Below are positions 12,090 through 26,349 of a DNA stretch of 64,000 nt, in pieces; within the stretch, counting starts at the first letter, position 1; each line of letters opens with the position of its first letter. The DNA lies in NCBI GenBank assembly GCA_028023455.1, contig JAQFVV010000003.1, positions 4,402,001 to 4,466,000 on the forward strand, written 5' to 3'. Both the position numbers and the translations under genes were made by a program. Source of the DNA: Epiperipatus broadwayi (Eukaryota > Animalia > Onychophora). The notes beneath the pieces were generated by a model. The model made no database searches. It saw nothing but the letters and a program-made list of their open reading frames with translations, and was not told the origin of the DNA.

Positions 12090-15000
12090 TTACCCACATG
12101 CTCCTGAATGCTCATTGAGGAGCTAGTCTATTGTCTCTTTTCTTTATCACTCTGATGTTTTTGATAAATATATCAACAACAACTTAAAGCTAACAAGTCC
12201 CTTCTATGGTCAACTTGACAATTGCCTCTTGAGGCAGCTTTAAAGAAGAAGGATTCTCAATCTCATCCATGAACTTTCTGTTTGTTCGAATCCGGCTCCA
12301 GAACAGACTGTGATAAGTTTACACTGATAGGGTCCCCCATGCATTCCACTTGACTAATCTCCACCATTTCATCCTTGTCTTTATCATTGGGCTTTAATTT
12401 TTTTTCCTTATTTTTGTTTGTACTAAGCTCACTTTCCAAAGAGCTCTTGCTAGAGTCAGATACATGCCTGGGATCCAGAGAATGTGAAAGGATTTTAAAT
12501 TTTTTCTCATTTCTGGAGGCTTTACTTTTTGTTTTTTTATGCTGCACTGTAGGTTCATCCCTTATTGTGGAGTCAGAATCAGCATCTAACACAATAGGAT
12601 TGTTTTCTGTAGAAGCTAAAACCTGAACCGGTGAAAATGAAATATCCTTCAAGACTTGGATGGTTATTTCATGAGGTTCCAATGCTTGAGTTTGAACAGG
12701 TTTTAAAATCTCTGTCACTAATGTCTTCTCCAATTCTGGCTGGCTAAACAATATAAGGTCCTCAGATTGATTATTGCATATTTTGCTTTTCAGTAGGGAA
12801 ACTAGTTTGTCCACCATCTATACTGCCCTCACTACATTGATGAGATTTTGTTCTTCTGATTTTGCACCGATTGCAAACTCTAAGCAGACACTTCTTCACC
12901 AAGTGACTTCATAACTGGCACAAAAAACACTGAGATGGTATCCCCCAGAAAGAAATAACCATGGACACTGACTCTACACAATGGAGCATTGTGATATCTG
13001 TGGGATGTATGCATTTTATTAGTGAAAATGTGAAATTGACTGTGAGCATGGATTTATTTGCATATTTTTTAAGGGTGTACTCAAACATTTCTACCATTCC
13101 ATAGGGTTTCAATAGTTTTTGCAAATCTTGTTTATCAAAATTTATATAACAATTTCTTATATGGCCCTGCAGTATTATGGGTCTATCCATATCCACTGTT
13201 ACAATCAGTTTATTGCTGCAAAATTTCAATGCCCTCTGCACAATTCCCTTTTGCCAAATGTTCTTGCACTCGATAATGATGTACCTATTATTAGGATGAA
13301 TTAGAATCTTGTGTATGTGATCCCATAATTTTTTTGCTGTCAGATAATCACAAAGTTCTTTTGAGGAAAGGGGAAGATGTTCTTATTTTGATCCATTACA
13401 GTTTAGATAATAGACTTCTGATTATAGTAATTAACAAAAGGAATATTGCAGTTGGCGGGGAATGGTTTGATTAAATTCATTAATAATTTCACTAATCTTC
13501 ACATTATCCATATCTATGTCAGATAAAAACTCATCAGTAAACATTATTTGTTCTTGATCTACTGCATCTTCATTATAAATATTAGACTAATCTGGGTCAA
13601 AAACACTGGTATTAGCTGTTTGTGAACTAGGTAATGTCTTATGTGATTGAACAACTGTAGCATATGAAGTCTTTACAATTTTATTTTCATCTGCAAGATC
13701 TTGCTTCTCCTTAAAATTCACTACTTTAACAGTTTTCCCACAGGGTATAATATTTATTTTACAAAGCGCAGACGGTATTGAAATTAAACTGAGAGAGTGC
13801 AAATCTCTCAAGCACTTAGCCAATCAGATCACAAATACTGAGACAGAGAATTTAACAAGAAAAGAGTGGTCCTCTCTTCTTTACTTGTCTTTCTATATAT
13901 CTAAGCCAGTCCAAAGTACTTAGATCTGAAAGCATGAATCTTAAATATCTTCACACTCAACTCACTGAGTTCTAATTATAAACATACAGCATGAAATCTT
14001 TCGATTTACTATGCAGTAGTTTTTAGATGTTATAACTTGCAGCAATATATGTAAATAATATTTATTTTACAAAGCGCAGATGATATTGAAATTAAACTGA
14101 GAGAGTGCAAACCTCTCAAGCGCTTAGCCAATCGGATCACAAATACTGAGGCAGAGAATTTAACAAGAAAAGAGTGGTTCTTCTCTTCTTTACTTGTCTT
14201 TCTATATATCCAAGCCAGTCCAAAGTACTTAGATCTGAAACCGTGAATCTTAAATATCTTCACACTCAACTCACTGAGTTCTAATTATAAACATACAGCA
14301 TGAAATCTTTCGATTTACTATGCAGTAGAAGAGAGGAACCACTCTTTTCTTATTAAATTCTCTGTCTCAGTATTTGTGATCTGAGTGACTAAGCGCTTGA
14401 GAGGTTTGCACTCTCTCAGTTTAATTTCAATACCATCTGCACTTTGTAAAATAAATATTATTTACATATATTGCCGCAAGTTATAATATCTAAAAACTAC
14501 TGCATAGTAAATCGAAAGATTTCACGCTGTATGTTTATAATTAGAACTCAGTGAGTTGTGAAGATATTTAAGATTCATGCTTTCAGATCTAAATACTTTG
14601 GACTGGCTTGGATATATAGAAAGACAAGTAAAGAAGAGAGGAACCATTTTTTTGTTAAATTCTCTGTCTCAGTATTTGTGATCTGATTGGCTAAGTGCCC
14701 ATAGGGTATATTAAAGTTAAACAAAGATTTATTAATGTTTCTTTGTCCAAAAGCATTTTTTATACTATTAGTACTAACGACATTATTTTCAAGCAAATTT
14801 GGAAATTCCTCTGGACTGATCCCTTTTTCAGCCTCTTTGGATTCCTTGGAAGATTCCTTAAAATTAAGAAAATTACTCTTTGTGGATGTTCTATTTATGC
14901 TAGAATCTCTTTTTTTCAAATCTTTTGAGCCCAAAACTGATTTTTTTAGAATTAGTTATGTTTTTCTTAGGCCTTTCTGGTTTAGAAACATTAATAATGC

Positions 15001-15235
15001 TATTATTTTGTAAAATCCCATTATCTAAATTTGTAATGATGTCTCCCACCACTTTATTTTTAGAGAGAGCTTTTCCAAATTTTGTGTCAACATTTATTGG
15101 GTCTTGTTTATCATTAGGGTTAAAGTTTTCATTGATAGAAGTGATTAGATTTGATTTCCTACTTTTTTCTTCTGAGATCCTTATGTAATTCTAGAATTTT
15201 CTGTACCATCCATGTTTTTTTTCTAAATTTTTCAT
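12090..15235 (-). pseudogene. Disrupted L1/Tx1-type ORF1 (RRM-like region, zinc knuckles, low-complexity tail)
   Basis: The track ORFs 14575-14934, 13587-13823, 12909-13241 and 12263-12817 join into one frame series: KELCDYLTAKKLWDHIHKILIHPNNRYIIIE, LQKLLKPYGMVE, CFLCQL*SHLVKKC, CNRC. Confidence 0.75.
13750..14697. repeat. ~950-bp insertion of a ~308-bp unit: about two tandem copies plus ~1.2 inverted copies, flanked by a 13-bp TSD
   Basis: Copies at 13750-14058 and 14059-14328, inverted block at 14329-14697. Flanks are cccacagggtata (13737-13749) and cccatagggtata (14698-14710). ORF1 reads NIPYG / IIPCGKTVK across the insertion. Confidence 0.85.
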
Positions 15236-18200
15236 GTTATAATTTGAAACTTTAAATAACTCTGAGCCAGGTACTCCAACTGAGCTCATCTTTTGACAGT
15301 AGAGCCAAAATTAAATAAAGACTTAAAACCTTTTGGTTTTAAGATAAAAATTGCACTAATTTTCTGCAAACAGCAGACAAAAGTAATGATCAAATAAACT
15401 TTATATTCTCTTATCACACTAGATGTATTTTTCCACACACAAATCTTTCCATTATTATTCATTACCACTTTAATTTTAATTATCTTTAAAAATATACAGT
15501 TAACATTATCATGAATATTTTTTTATTCATCCATTGATTCTAATTTAATCTGATACAAGTGTTTTAATAGTTAAAATGCATAAATATTTTATCTTGCTTA
15601 TTAATCAAATTATACATGAACATAATACAGTGTTTTCCTTAAGTTTAAGTATTATTTGACAACACTTTGGCATAAATGTATGACTTTTCCCTTTCATTCA
15701 TTCAATACTTTTTCTAATGTAATGACTCCAAGAGATTTTGGTAAAATTATTAAATTGTTGAGTTATCTAGCAGAGATATAACTTTGTTTTACTCTTTCAT
15801 GTTAACAAATACCTTATAATATACAGTTTTAAATTCTTAAGTAGATCATAATCAATTACTTGGTTTTAAAATAAGAATAAGATTTAAAAATTTAAATAAA
15901 CTTTTAGAGACAAACCAAGTTACTTGTTCTTATAATCTGTAATCTTTTTTTTTCAATTTTCTCTCCAATTTTTTCTTTTTCTTAAAACATCATCTGCATG
16001 CTTTTAATTTATTCCAAATTGCACTTTTCTATTGGTTGATTCTTCCATTTGCTAGTTATATATAGTTTAACTATTTTTTAAAACAAATATTATCTCTTTA
16101 AAATATTTACTAGTAATAAAAAATAACATCTTTTATGAACTGAATAATAATACAATTATTTTATATCAACTTAGATTTTTATAAGATTAGATCTGAGATT
16201 AATTTGATGAAATTTTAATCACACAATTTATGAAATAAATATTTGTTTTGGAACATAAATTAATATTTCACTGAAAATAGTCCTTACTTTAATATTAGAT
16301 GCACATAGACATGATTATCTATCTATGTAACATACTTTCATTTATAAGATTAGATTTGAACTTCCCTACAATTTTAAATATTATCAAATGATTACTTATT
16401 ATGAAATATTATTAATTTTTTTTTTATATACTGTAAGGGTAACTTACAATATTATTAAGCTCATTTGTTTATGTGCAACATCAAACCATAAACTTAAAAT
16501 TATAATTGTAAGTTTAAAAATAGTAAATACATTATTCCTTTATATTAAAATACCCATATACACATGTATATAACTTAAATGTTAGCCTATAAAATTTTAA
16601 TAACAAAAGTCAAATCAAATCAATAGTTGTTTTAATGAAATCAAATATTAAAATGATTATTTTACAATCATTCATATATATAATAATTATTTAAGTTTTC
16701 TAATATCACTAATCAAGATACAAACCATAAAGATAACCTTAGGTCAAGTCATGTCTTAGTACCTAAACATGCAGGAAATAAAATTAAAACTCAATTATAC
16801 AATTATTAATTGTGATGCATTCAAAAATAATTGAATACAAAATCATGAAATGAAATACTAATTTAACACATGCAAATTACACTATAAAAGCTAAATCAAA
16901 TAATTTACAAATTAATTCTTTTACAAATGAACTAGTCACTATGCATAGTTATTTTGCTATGTTTGAATACTGAGCACATAAAAAAGATAGATCAATAGTT
17001 TGAAAGAATTTTTCTTGTTTATAAAATCTTCATTAACAGAGAACTCTAATATCAATCGAGAAAAGGGTAAATAAATTACTCTTTAAGATCATTAATAATA
17101 ATTTCAAAAATGAAATTATCTTTAATATTTAGAGAAATTCTTAATGAGATTGTTCTAAAGTTGAATTTTAAGGAAGATAAATATTATTAAAACACTTATA
17201 TATCTAAATAAAATTATTTTAAGATTTCAGGTTATATAGTGGCATCATACATAAACACAATTTGTCATAGGATCAAATGCTATTGTTATAACCTAAAACA
17301 CTATAATTACTCATTCCTTCTGAATGCCTAATATATAAATATTCATCTATATAATTCAATATTCAACTTCAATTTATAGTGAGATGATACATGAAAAGGG
17401 AAGCCAACAGTATTTGAGAGAAATGTTTCTGAACAACAGAGTATACTGATTGCGTTATTGATGATTGATGACTGGAAAATAAAAGAACTTTATTCTTAAT
17501 GAACATTACTACTCAAATTATGGAAATGAATAGGACAATACCATAAACTTTTAATACATTGTATCATCTTTGCATATCAACATCCATAAATATCTAATTT
17601 TATTTCATTTGCTTTTTAAATCCATTTACATTGAAATAATCCATTTTAGAAAATAATTAGATGAAAAGAAAATGGAAAGATCATTGGGTTAAACTTTTTT
17701 TAAAATAAAATTTAGGTCTTCCTTGTAAAGTGACTTGATCAGGGTAATAAATAAACTTAATATAAAGGTAAGATTTTATTGTTCTTCATATTAAATTCAT
17801 TCACTTATGACAATACAAAATTTTTGTTTATTACTATTTCAATTAATTTAGTAATATTTGTTTATTTATTTTTCTGTATAAATGACTAATATCCTTGGAT
17901 GGAAGGTCTTTTCTTTCAATGATTGGAACCATACATAGATGGGGGGTCTCACAAAAATGAAATTACCTCAAAAGGATTCAATATTATAAAAGCCTTCATT
18001 TATACTTTTATCATTTAATTTAAAATTAGTTAGTACTATTATAATTTTTTGAAATTATAAAATTTCATTTATTGTTTTCTAACCTATTAAATATTGTTTA
18101 TGTTATTATATATATCTACTATGGGGATATAGGAAGGTATCATTTCAAATTTTATATACTAATAAAGTAGAAATGTATGTAAAGCATTAATAATTATACA

Positions 18201-19024
18201 TTTTAATATATAAAGATAAATTTGAATTGTTGTCAATTAATAAATATTGTTAAATTTTTTTTTATTTTAAGCAAGCCTCTTATTTAAATTATTTATTTTA
18301 TTTTCTTAATAAAATAAGATTGAATATACATACCCATATTGTAATGGTCATATTTGTACATTTGTGTAACAAAATCCAGAGTTGGAAAATTATCCCAAGG
18401 CAGATCATGAGAAGAGTTTGAGACCTTGAATCAGATCACACCTCAGTTCTTTCACCCACATTCCACAATTTACTACCCTATGAATGACATATATGAGGTT
18501 ATACTTGGAGTCTTTTAATTTGAATTCTGGAAGTAGCTAAGGGTGGAGTATGAGATTCAAAGAAATATAATGAAACTAATACTAATTTATCTAATACCTA
18601 CCCCTGTGACTGTTAGATAATATCCATATTCAACTTAACTAACATATAAATTTGGAAAGTGATTCAATATGGATTGGAATGAATAAGACAATAAATCCTA
18701 ATACATTTAATATAATTTAATCATAGCAAACCTATTTATTTAATAATAATGACAATTAAGTGCTTTAGATATTCCACTTGCAGGTGGTATTAATGTGTAT
18801 ATAAATTATGAATTCTCAGCTTTGACTGCACTTTATAACTCTGTAGGTAATTATGTTTTTAACAATATTATATAAGTAATTATGTTTTTAACAATATTAT
18901 CAACTTTGTTAATCTACAGTACAAGAGTGATCATAATGGAATATGACTAAATTTATTGATAATACACCATGAGCTATAACATGCTCCCCATGCAGATAAA
19001 ATACATACAAAACCAGATTCCAGG

Positions 19025-19320
19025 TTCAGATCAACACTGAAATAATGATAATATGGAAGGATGAACTGGTGACCTGTAGTATAACTTCAGATACTGTGGC
19101 ATTATATAGACTAACACAGATGTGTGCCTCAAATGTGCCATTAATCATGGGATTTATTACTGTATAATTGGTTCCCATCAGCATTGGCAACTTGCTATTA
19201 TGAATAGATATAAACCTTAGTTGGGGTGATGGAAGCAGTTATATAAAACCATCTGGACCCTTGTGTTCCAGTTCTAAAAGAGGAAGTTGTCTGAACTGGA
19301 AAAATGGGTTGACCTTAAAT
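19025..19320 (-). pseudogene. Possible highly decayed dUTPase-like fragment
   Basis: Frame with one stop: FISIHNSKLPMLMGTNYTVINPMINGTFEAHICVSLYNATVSEVILQ. It loosely matches the dUTPase GVIDSDYRGEIKVLLYN pattern, but the catalytic residues are not conserved. Confidence 0.22.
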
Positions 19321-21080
19321 CAGAATCCCATCTTATTATAATAGCATATAGCAAGGCATAATGCATGTATATGCTTCCCAAGAACATACAATGCTAACTA
19401 TAATAACAGAAATTAAAATTATCATACACTACTCTATAGTTTTGTCATTGAAACTACCATATGCCAGTTCATGTAATAGCATTTATAAAACATGCTACTA
19501 AAATGATTAATTAAGCAATCTAGTTTATAAAGCAATCTACATAGTGTAGACTATCACTAAAAGAGGGATAAAGCAAATTTGGACTTATAAACTTCATTAT
19601 CACTGATATGCTTTATACTATCACTCTTGCTTGATCTTAACTCAGATATTTACCATCCTGCAAACCTGCCTTCCTTTAAGCTAAAACATAATAGCTTAAA
19701 TAACATAAATAGATTTCCAGAATGGAGATTGGTATGCATGCCAATGAGCAACATAAGTAACTACTTGAGAGAGTCTAATTGTCTCTTCTCCCTTAATAAT
19801 ATTAGCAATCTCCACTCTGAAGGCATAGTATAAATTAATGAATACATTGCAATAAAATATAGGCATAAGTATAGACAAGAATAGATAGAATAATAACTGG
19901 ATATAGTTATTATCTTTACAGGAGTTTAATTAAGAAATTTACTTGAATTTAAAATTAGGCAAGATTATGAATGTTAACCTTGTTAACTTAACTTACATTT
20001 ACTATTTATACAGTTAGAAATGAATTTGTTACCAAGTTTAACTATTGAGAAGTCCAGAGCTTGTGTACATTTGTTACATAAAATAGCTAGCTTTAAGAAT
20101 TGTGTAAGATTGATTTAGAGTTTAGTTTAAGAGCTCTGCAGAGTTTGTTACTGATCTTCTGGCTGTGATGGCTTGCATGGTGTGGCATGAACATTCACTA
20201 ACAGGCTGTTTCATCTGCTATCCTTTCTGGCAGTCTGGTGTTCTTGGTCTCCTTTCATTTCCATAGTCTTGTCTCCTGTGAGGAATATGGCAATAGGATG
20301 CTTTCTAGTCTCTGACATAGTGCCTGGCTGCAATTGATTTTTTAAAATGATGAGAGTGAGCCTTTTAAATTAAAACTGGGTTTTTTATACCAACTCTTTC
20401 TTACTCCCCTCACAAGCCATTAAGTTGTTTACAAGTTTTGGTTTTAAATTTTAAGTTTTAACAGCTCTAATAAATTTTAGTAAAGACAAAAGATTTGGCT
20501 GGGGGTTATTGACAAATAGTGCCGGTCCAATGACTTTATCTTTGTTTTTTAACTTTATTTTAAAATCATCATTAAAATTTCTGTTCTCAGTTTACAAACT
20601 AACTAGATCTATTTCCAAGAAACCGATAACCTTTTTTTAAAAAAGAGATTTAAGTTCTGTCAACATTCTACTATATGTATAACATTGTCACCCCTCCACT
20701 TGGGGTTTATATGCTAAAGCAAGCAAGTTTATCTACAAAATTGATAATAAATCAGAAATTAAAATAAGTTAAAAAAATTCGCAATGTTTCTAAAGTCTAT
20801 TACATTATAGCTTCCCTTGCATATATGTAGGTGCTCCTCTACATATACAGCCATATCTACACAAATTTTTATAACTGTGTGTTTCTTATTATAAACATAC
20901 ATAATTTAATAGCTTATGTTCATTATAGAAGCATACGTACCTGGTATTATAACTATTTCACAATATTTATGATGAATTTAAACAATACTATATGTGAACT
21001 TGGATGGGTTAAGCTAGAACATATACTACTATAAAATATAGTAGATTAAATGGGGTGATTGATCAAATAATACTGTTTCA

Positions 21081-21081
<1 letters not shown>

Positions 21082-21152
<71 letters not shown>
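21082..21152. repeat. (TA)n microsatellite, ~35 units
   Basis: Perfect dinucleotide run. Confidence 0.98.
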
Positions 21153-21154
<2 letters not shown>

Positions 21155-22730
21155 TCCTAACTTAACATCATAATAAGTTAGTTGAAAGTAATTTTGAGAA
21201 TCTATTGAGATTATATTAAGTATTATTATTACTGCAGGATATTGATGGATCCTGAAGAGCATTAAGTGCATCCTGAGTTCAAATACTGAGCATAATGGAA
21301 TAATAAAGAGAGGTGAAGATTGGATGAACTAGTCTAAGTTGTATCTGTATTTAATATTTAGATATTGAATTATCTTATTTGAAATAAGTATCAATCATGG
21401 ATTTAATTTTTCTCTCATCATTCATAAAGCAACCTATATAAAAACCCTAAGTCTGACTATTGCATTGACCCTCATTCCTTAAGGGAATGCAGATCATTAC
21501 AATACCTTTGAAAATAATATTTTACCCAGGATTTATATCATTTACACTACTTTGATTTAACTAAACCCAAGTTCAAACCCTATGATAACTAAAATGTTTG
21601 TTATTTTTCATAATTTAATACATAAATATTTTTGACTTTATAAAATTTAAAATTATACATCTTAAAATTTATTTCCAATTTGTTTTATGATGGGGTGTAC
21701 CAATAAAAAGGGCACAATATGTATTGTAATGGTATTGACCTTGGATTGAACCTGGAGTAATGATAAATCATCATTAAATTATACAAATAATATAATGAGC
21801 ATGAGAGATCAGTACAGAACTAACAATAAGTTCATCAGAATTACACAAAAATAATCATTCACCATCATGAATGATAAACAATAAAAATTAATCAACAGTC
21901 AATCTTGTGATTGGATTTGAAATGGGTCTTCTATAGACTAGGCTAATAATTTAGTCCTTGCCAGCTTGGAACAGATGATTTAAACAATAATTTGGATGCA
22001 AAAACTTAAGTGCTAATCCATAAAAATATAACAATTTAAAAATGATGCTGGAATATTAAAACATGCTGATTATTATCAATGATCTGGCCATTTAGTATCA
22101 TTAATGCACTGACCAATTATAAACTTAATTTCTAAATAAATAAAATAAATGTAGTGCATGGAATTTAATGGATATCCCCTTTATATCATCCAGCATCATT
22201 AACATCTGGATAGCCATAATACTAAAAACATAAACCCCATTTATATAACAGACCATTATGCACCAGCTCAGAGAGCAAAAGCTCTATAACTGTTATTGCG
22301 ATCAAGAGATATAATACAAACATATAATATTCTAAAACTATTTTGGATTGAATAAATTCACTGGAATAACTTTAACAATGAAATATAAATTTATTAATAA
22401 GAATTAAATTAGAGTCTGCAGAATATGGTTATACATATAAATCAAGTCTTCTGATTTTGATTAATACCAAAAGGAAAATCACTATTACATTGTAATTTAC
22501 ATAGATTTACATAAAACACATATATCAACACACAAACATGCCTGTATAACATAAAATGAACATATTTGAATTGTCATATAATAAAAAAAGCTATCACATT
22601 TTAATGATACATAAATAATGACTGTTTTCACATATATATATGGGCATCCACAGAATTGTGTACACACACTGATGTTTATATTATATATTTTAATTTGTCA
22701 AAATAATAAACTTATTAAAATATTATATTT

Positions 22731-23739
22731 GGTTCTACAACTTTGGATGATCCACATAGCATGATGCTGCTGTTGCTATTGCAAAACAAATAGATATAAC
22801 ATTACCGGGTTTTTTTAAAAGAAAAAGATAGAATTTTTTTTAATATTTTTTTGTTTTTATTTTACTATATTTTTTTACATTTTTTAATGTTTTTTTTTTT
22901 CCAAAATAAATCTATAACTGTTTTTTTTTTACTGGGTTTATTTTAATTTTTTTTAAAAAATATATAACTTTATTTTTAGTTTTTAAAATGTTCAGTCTTT
23001 TTTTTTTTGTTTCATTTTAAAACATTTGGTCTTTTTTTTTTAAAAAAAAAACTTCTTTTCTTTTTAAAACATTCGGTCTTTTTTTTATATATTAAATCAT
23101 TCATCTATTTTTTTTTTTTTGGGATTTACCAGGGGTTCAAAAACATTTATTTTTATTCATAAATAATATATATAATATGCCTTTTTTTTGGAAAATATTT
23201 TTAAATTTCAATTTGCATTTTTTGATTTTTTTTTAAAAAAAACCATTTTGGTAGTTTTAAAATAACATTTGCAAAATCAAAAAAAAAAAAAAATTAACTT
23301 TGATTCCATATATACACAATAAATAACAGTTCACTGAAAACTTCTCACAAATTGTGTGACTTTCATGTGAACTTTGCCAAATTGTGATTTACACTCCTCA
23401 TTTATTAAATTGTGCAATCTAACAAGGAAATTAAGGATGTTTTCAAAATAATTATAATTTAAAGTTATTCATACAAATTACAATACTTGTAAAACAAAAA
23501 ACTTTGAACTGTGTACTGTTACACTTTTCATGATTACAACTACAGACACTCTCATACAATATGCTATTGAATATTCAATACTAACATCTATACAGACTGT
23601 CACAAAATGTCACTGATAATGTGTTTGAACAGTCTACAGGCCATAAGATCTATGAGCGGCCTTGTAAAAAGCATATTTCTGTATTTTTGCATAGAAACAG
23701 TGCCATCCAGCAGTGTGGATCATTTGAAGTTGTAGAACC
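22731..23739. mobile_element. Non-autonomous TIR DNA transposon with 8-bp TSD (Merlin-like)
   Basis: ~55-bp imperfect TIRs (GGTTCTACAACTT..GATCCACA). TSD ttatattt at 22723-22730 and 23740-23747. Internal T-rich subrepeats (aaaacattcggtcttttt). Confidence 0.78.
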
Positions 23740-24726
23740 TTATATTTTTGACAATTAATTTCATGTTAAAAATATACATAAAATTAACATGTACATGTGA
23801 TATATGTAAAAAAATTATGAATTAAATTAAAGCTATTAATTAGTTGCTTTTTTGTGGTAAGTAAAAGTTTTTCTTTAAAAAAAAACTTATTATTTAGAAA
23901 GCTTCATTTAAAATTCAGATCCTTGTGACTTCATTTTCAATATTTCAAAAAAAAAAGAACCTTGGAGTTTTCCTCTCTTTATCTGTTTTTGAACAATATC
24001 AGGAACAAATAATCTTCTAGGCACAAATGCTATTTATTATTTTTTTTCCTTGTTTTATTTTTAATTGATAAAAGTTATTTACTTATAAAATTTGTTAATT
24101 AGAAATTTTAACTTATTTTCAAAAAACTATTTAAAATGCTATCATTCTCAATATATATAAAACTACTCACCAGCTGTACTTTATATATATATATAATGCA
24201 GTATCTTTATTTGTGCATAACTGCATATAGATAAAACAGTATACCATAAACTACTTCAGCAAGTTGATGGAATCTCTGAGTAAGCTGGTCCCTTCTAAAC
24301 ACTAGACTGGCTTATTGTCATCTTTCAGAAAGGTATAATCCAGTAACTGCTGGCCTGTAGTGAGTTCTCTTTGGTATCAATGTCATCTAATATGCCCATA
24401 TACACAGACTATGAAACACATAAAACATAGGTCCATTGCTTCCTTGTCAATCCAAACTCTATCACTGTGAACTAGTAGCAGCAGATAGACTTGTACTGTC
24501 TTGCTCTCAATTATATCTTTATAGTAACTCTCTTACTGTAAAACTGTAAAACTCTAAAAAAATTCCCTAATCTTTTTTTCAACCTTTTTACAATCAGAGT
24601 GGAAAAAACACAATAATTAAAAGTAAGTTTTTTTTATCTTGAATGAAAAAAGTTAATGACTCATTTAAATTCACTTTAAACCTTTCAAAAACAATTTTGT
24701 ACAATTTTTTATCAAAATATGATATA

Positions 24727-25791
24727 CACCTGGGTCTTGTTTTATGCAGATTATTTTAATGCGATTTTGAAATTATGCGATTCATGTTTCTTCTTAATAT
24801 TTTTCATATTTCACTATATTTATTAGATATCAAGAAATTTAAATTATTAATAACTTATTTTGACTTGAAATATTTTTTTTTTCAAAAATATAATGTTATA
24901 TAGCAGCTAACATGAATATGGCCTGAAGCTATACAGTATTTAGAATAAATAACCTACTTATACTAATGAGTAAATAATAATAATAGATTTATACTTACAT
25001 ATAAAAATATCACAATAAATATTCAAAAATTTTAAATTTTATAAGTGTATTTTATTAGGTATAACAGAAATAAATAATGTAGATTTTTAAAATAAATAAT
25101 GAAGATTTTATTAATTTTATAAACTGAAAATAATATTTTTAATGATAATGTATAATCTTTTTGTTTTAATTGCGATCCTCATTTTTTTAATATAGAAACA
25201 AAATGTGAACATTTAAAATTTATTTCAGTAGTAAAAATCAGTTGTCAACAGAAAACTATTAACACAGCACAAGACTGAAATTGGCACTAGTTGTGTAAAT
25301 GGGATGGAGCAGAATATGGTAAAAATTAGAGTGGGGAATGGAAAATAAAGTGGCTAACAAGTTTCTCTGGGCATAATTGCTGAGAGATTCTTGATTTCAT
25401 TCAAGAAAAAGCTACATCACATCACATCAAACGAATCTGATTTCTTACCAGTTTACAAACGAACCGCACATTCGAAAATAGTAATAATGATTAAAATACA
25501 TATGAAAAAATGTCAAATAAATACTGTAGTTAATAAAAAAAAAGTAAAAAAAGTTTGTCTTGCTCCAATTTTTTTCAAATATTTGATATTTTTTATTAGT
25601 CCATACTTTATTTCCTTATTTTTAATGCAAATTTTAAAGTAATTTTTTCTTGCTGCTTAGCTTTTATGTGAATTCAGAAACTCACAGACCCTATCCCCCA
25701 TTTTTCAAGGTAAGTTAAGTCTATTTTTTTGCGATTTTTTTAATGCGGGTTTTCTGTGAACCTATCTACCGCATAAAATAAGACCCAGGTG
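24727..25791. mobile_element. Non-autonomous Tc1/mariner-type DNA transposon
   Basis: TIRs CACCTGGGTCTTRTTTTATGCRG at both ends, each flanked by TA (24725-24726, 25792-25793). No intact transposase. Confidence 0.8.
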
Positions 25792-26349
25792 TATATATTT
25801 AAATTTAAAAAAATAATTTAATCAAAATAGATAGTGGAATTTTATAATTACCAGTGTATCTATTGTAAAATAAAAACATGCTTGTTTTAATTTCAAAATC
25901 AGAATTAATTATATATTAATTAGACCTTTTTAAGCATTTAATTTATAATACATTTTTTTGAAATTCAATTTTATTTAATATTTAACTATTATTCCAATGT
26001 AATATAGAAAATATCTAAAAAAAACTTTTTGTTTGTGTTTATTTCTACTTTTTCTTTCAACTTTATATAGATACATGCACACACTACTATCTTTTTGTAT
26101 GCGATGAGATGCATAACTGTCTCACTATATAATGTTGCATATATAATCAGATTTAGGATAGAATAAGGCTGTAAATGGTTCTCTCCTCAGACAACAGAAC
26201 TGTCTGATTTTCTTTATTCTGGTACAAGAAATCATTTATATTTTGCCAATTTTTTATTAGAATTACTGAATATATGTGAAAATTACTCTCTAACATTTTT
26301 TTCTGTTATCTACTATGTATAAATATTTATAAAGTTACAAAAAAATTCT

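Larger units (their letters stand above)
11834..15470 (-). mobile_element. HAL1-like non-autonomous retroelement: ORF1 only, short 3' UTR, poly(A)
   Basis: Fragmented gag-like ORF1 with CCHC knuckles, followed within ~250 nt by AATAAA (~11857-11862) and a poly(A) tract (~11834-11845). No endonuclease or RT in between. The 5' boundary is approximate and no TSD was found. Confidence 0.72.

Noticed and set aside
13750-14697. CRISPR-like array or LINE 5' UTR monomers
   Set aside because: The units are ~308-bp full repeats without spacers, the context is eukaryotic, and the TSD shows the block was inserted into ORF1.
19950-20700. Possible solo LTR with TATA box and PPT-like end
   Set aside because: No second LTR, PBS or TSD could be identified.
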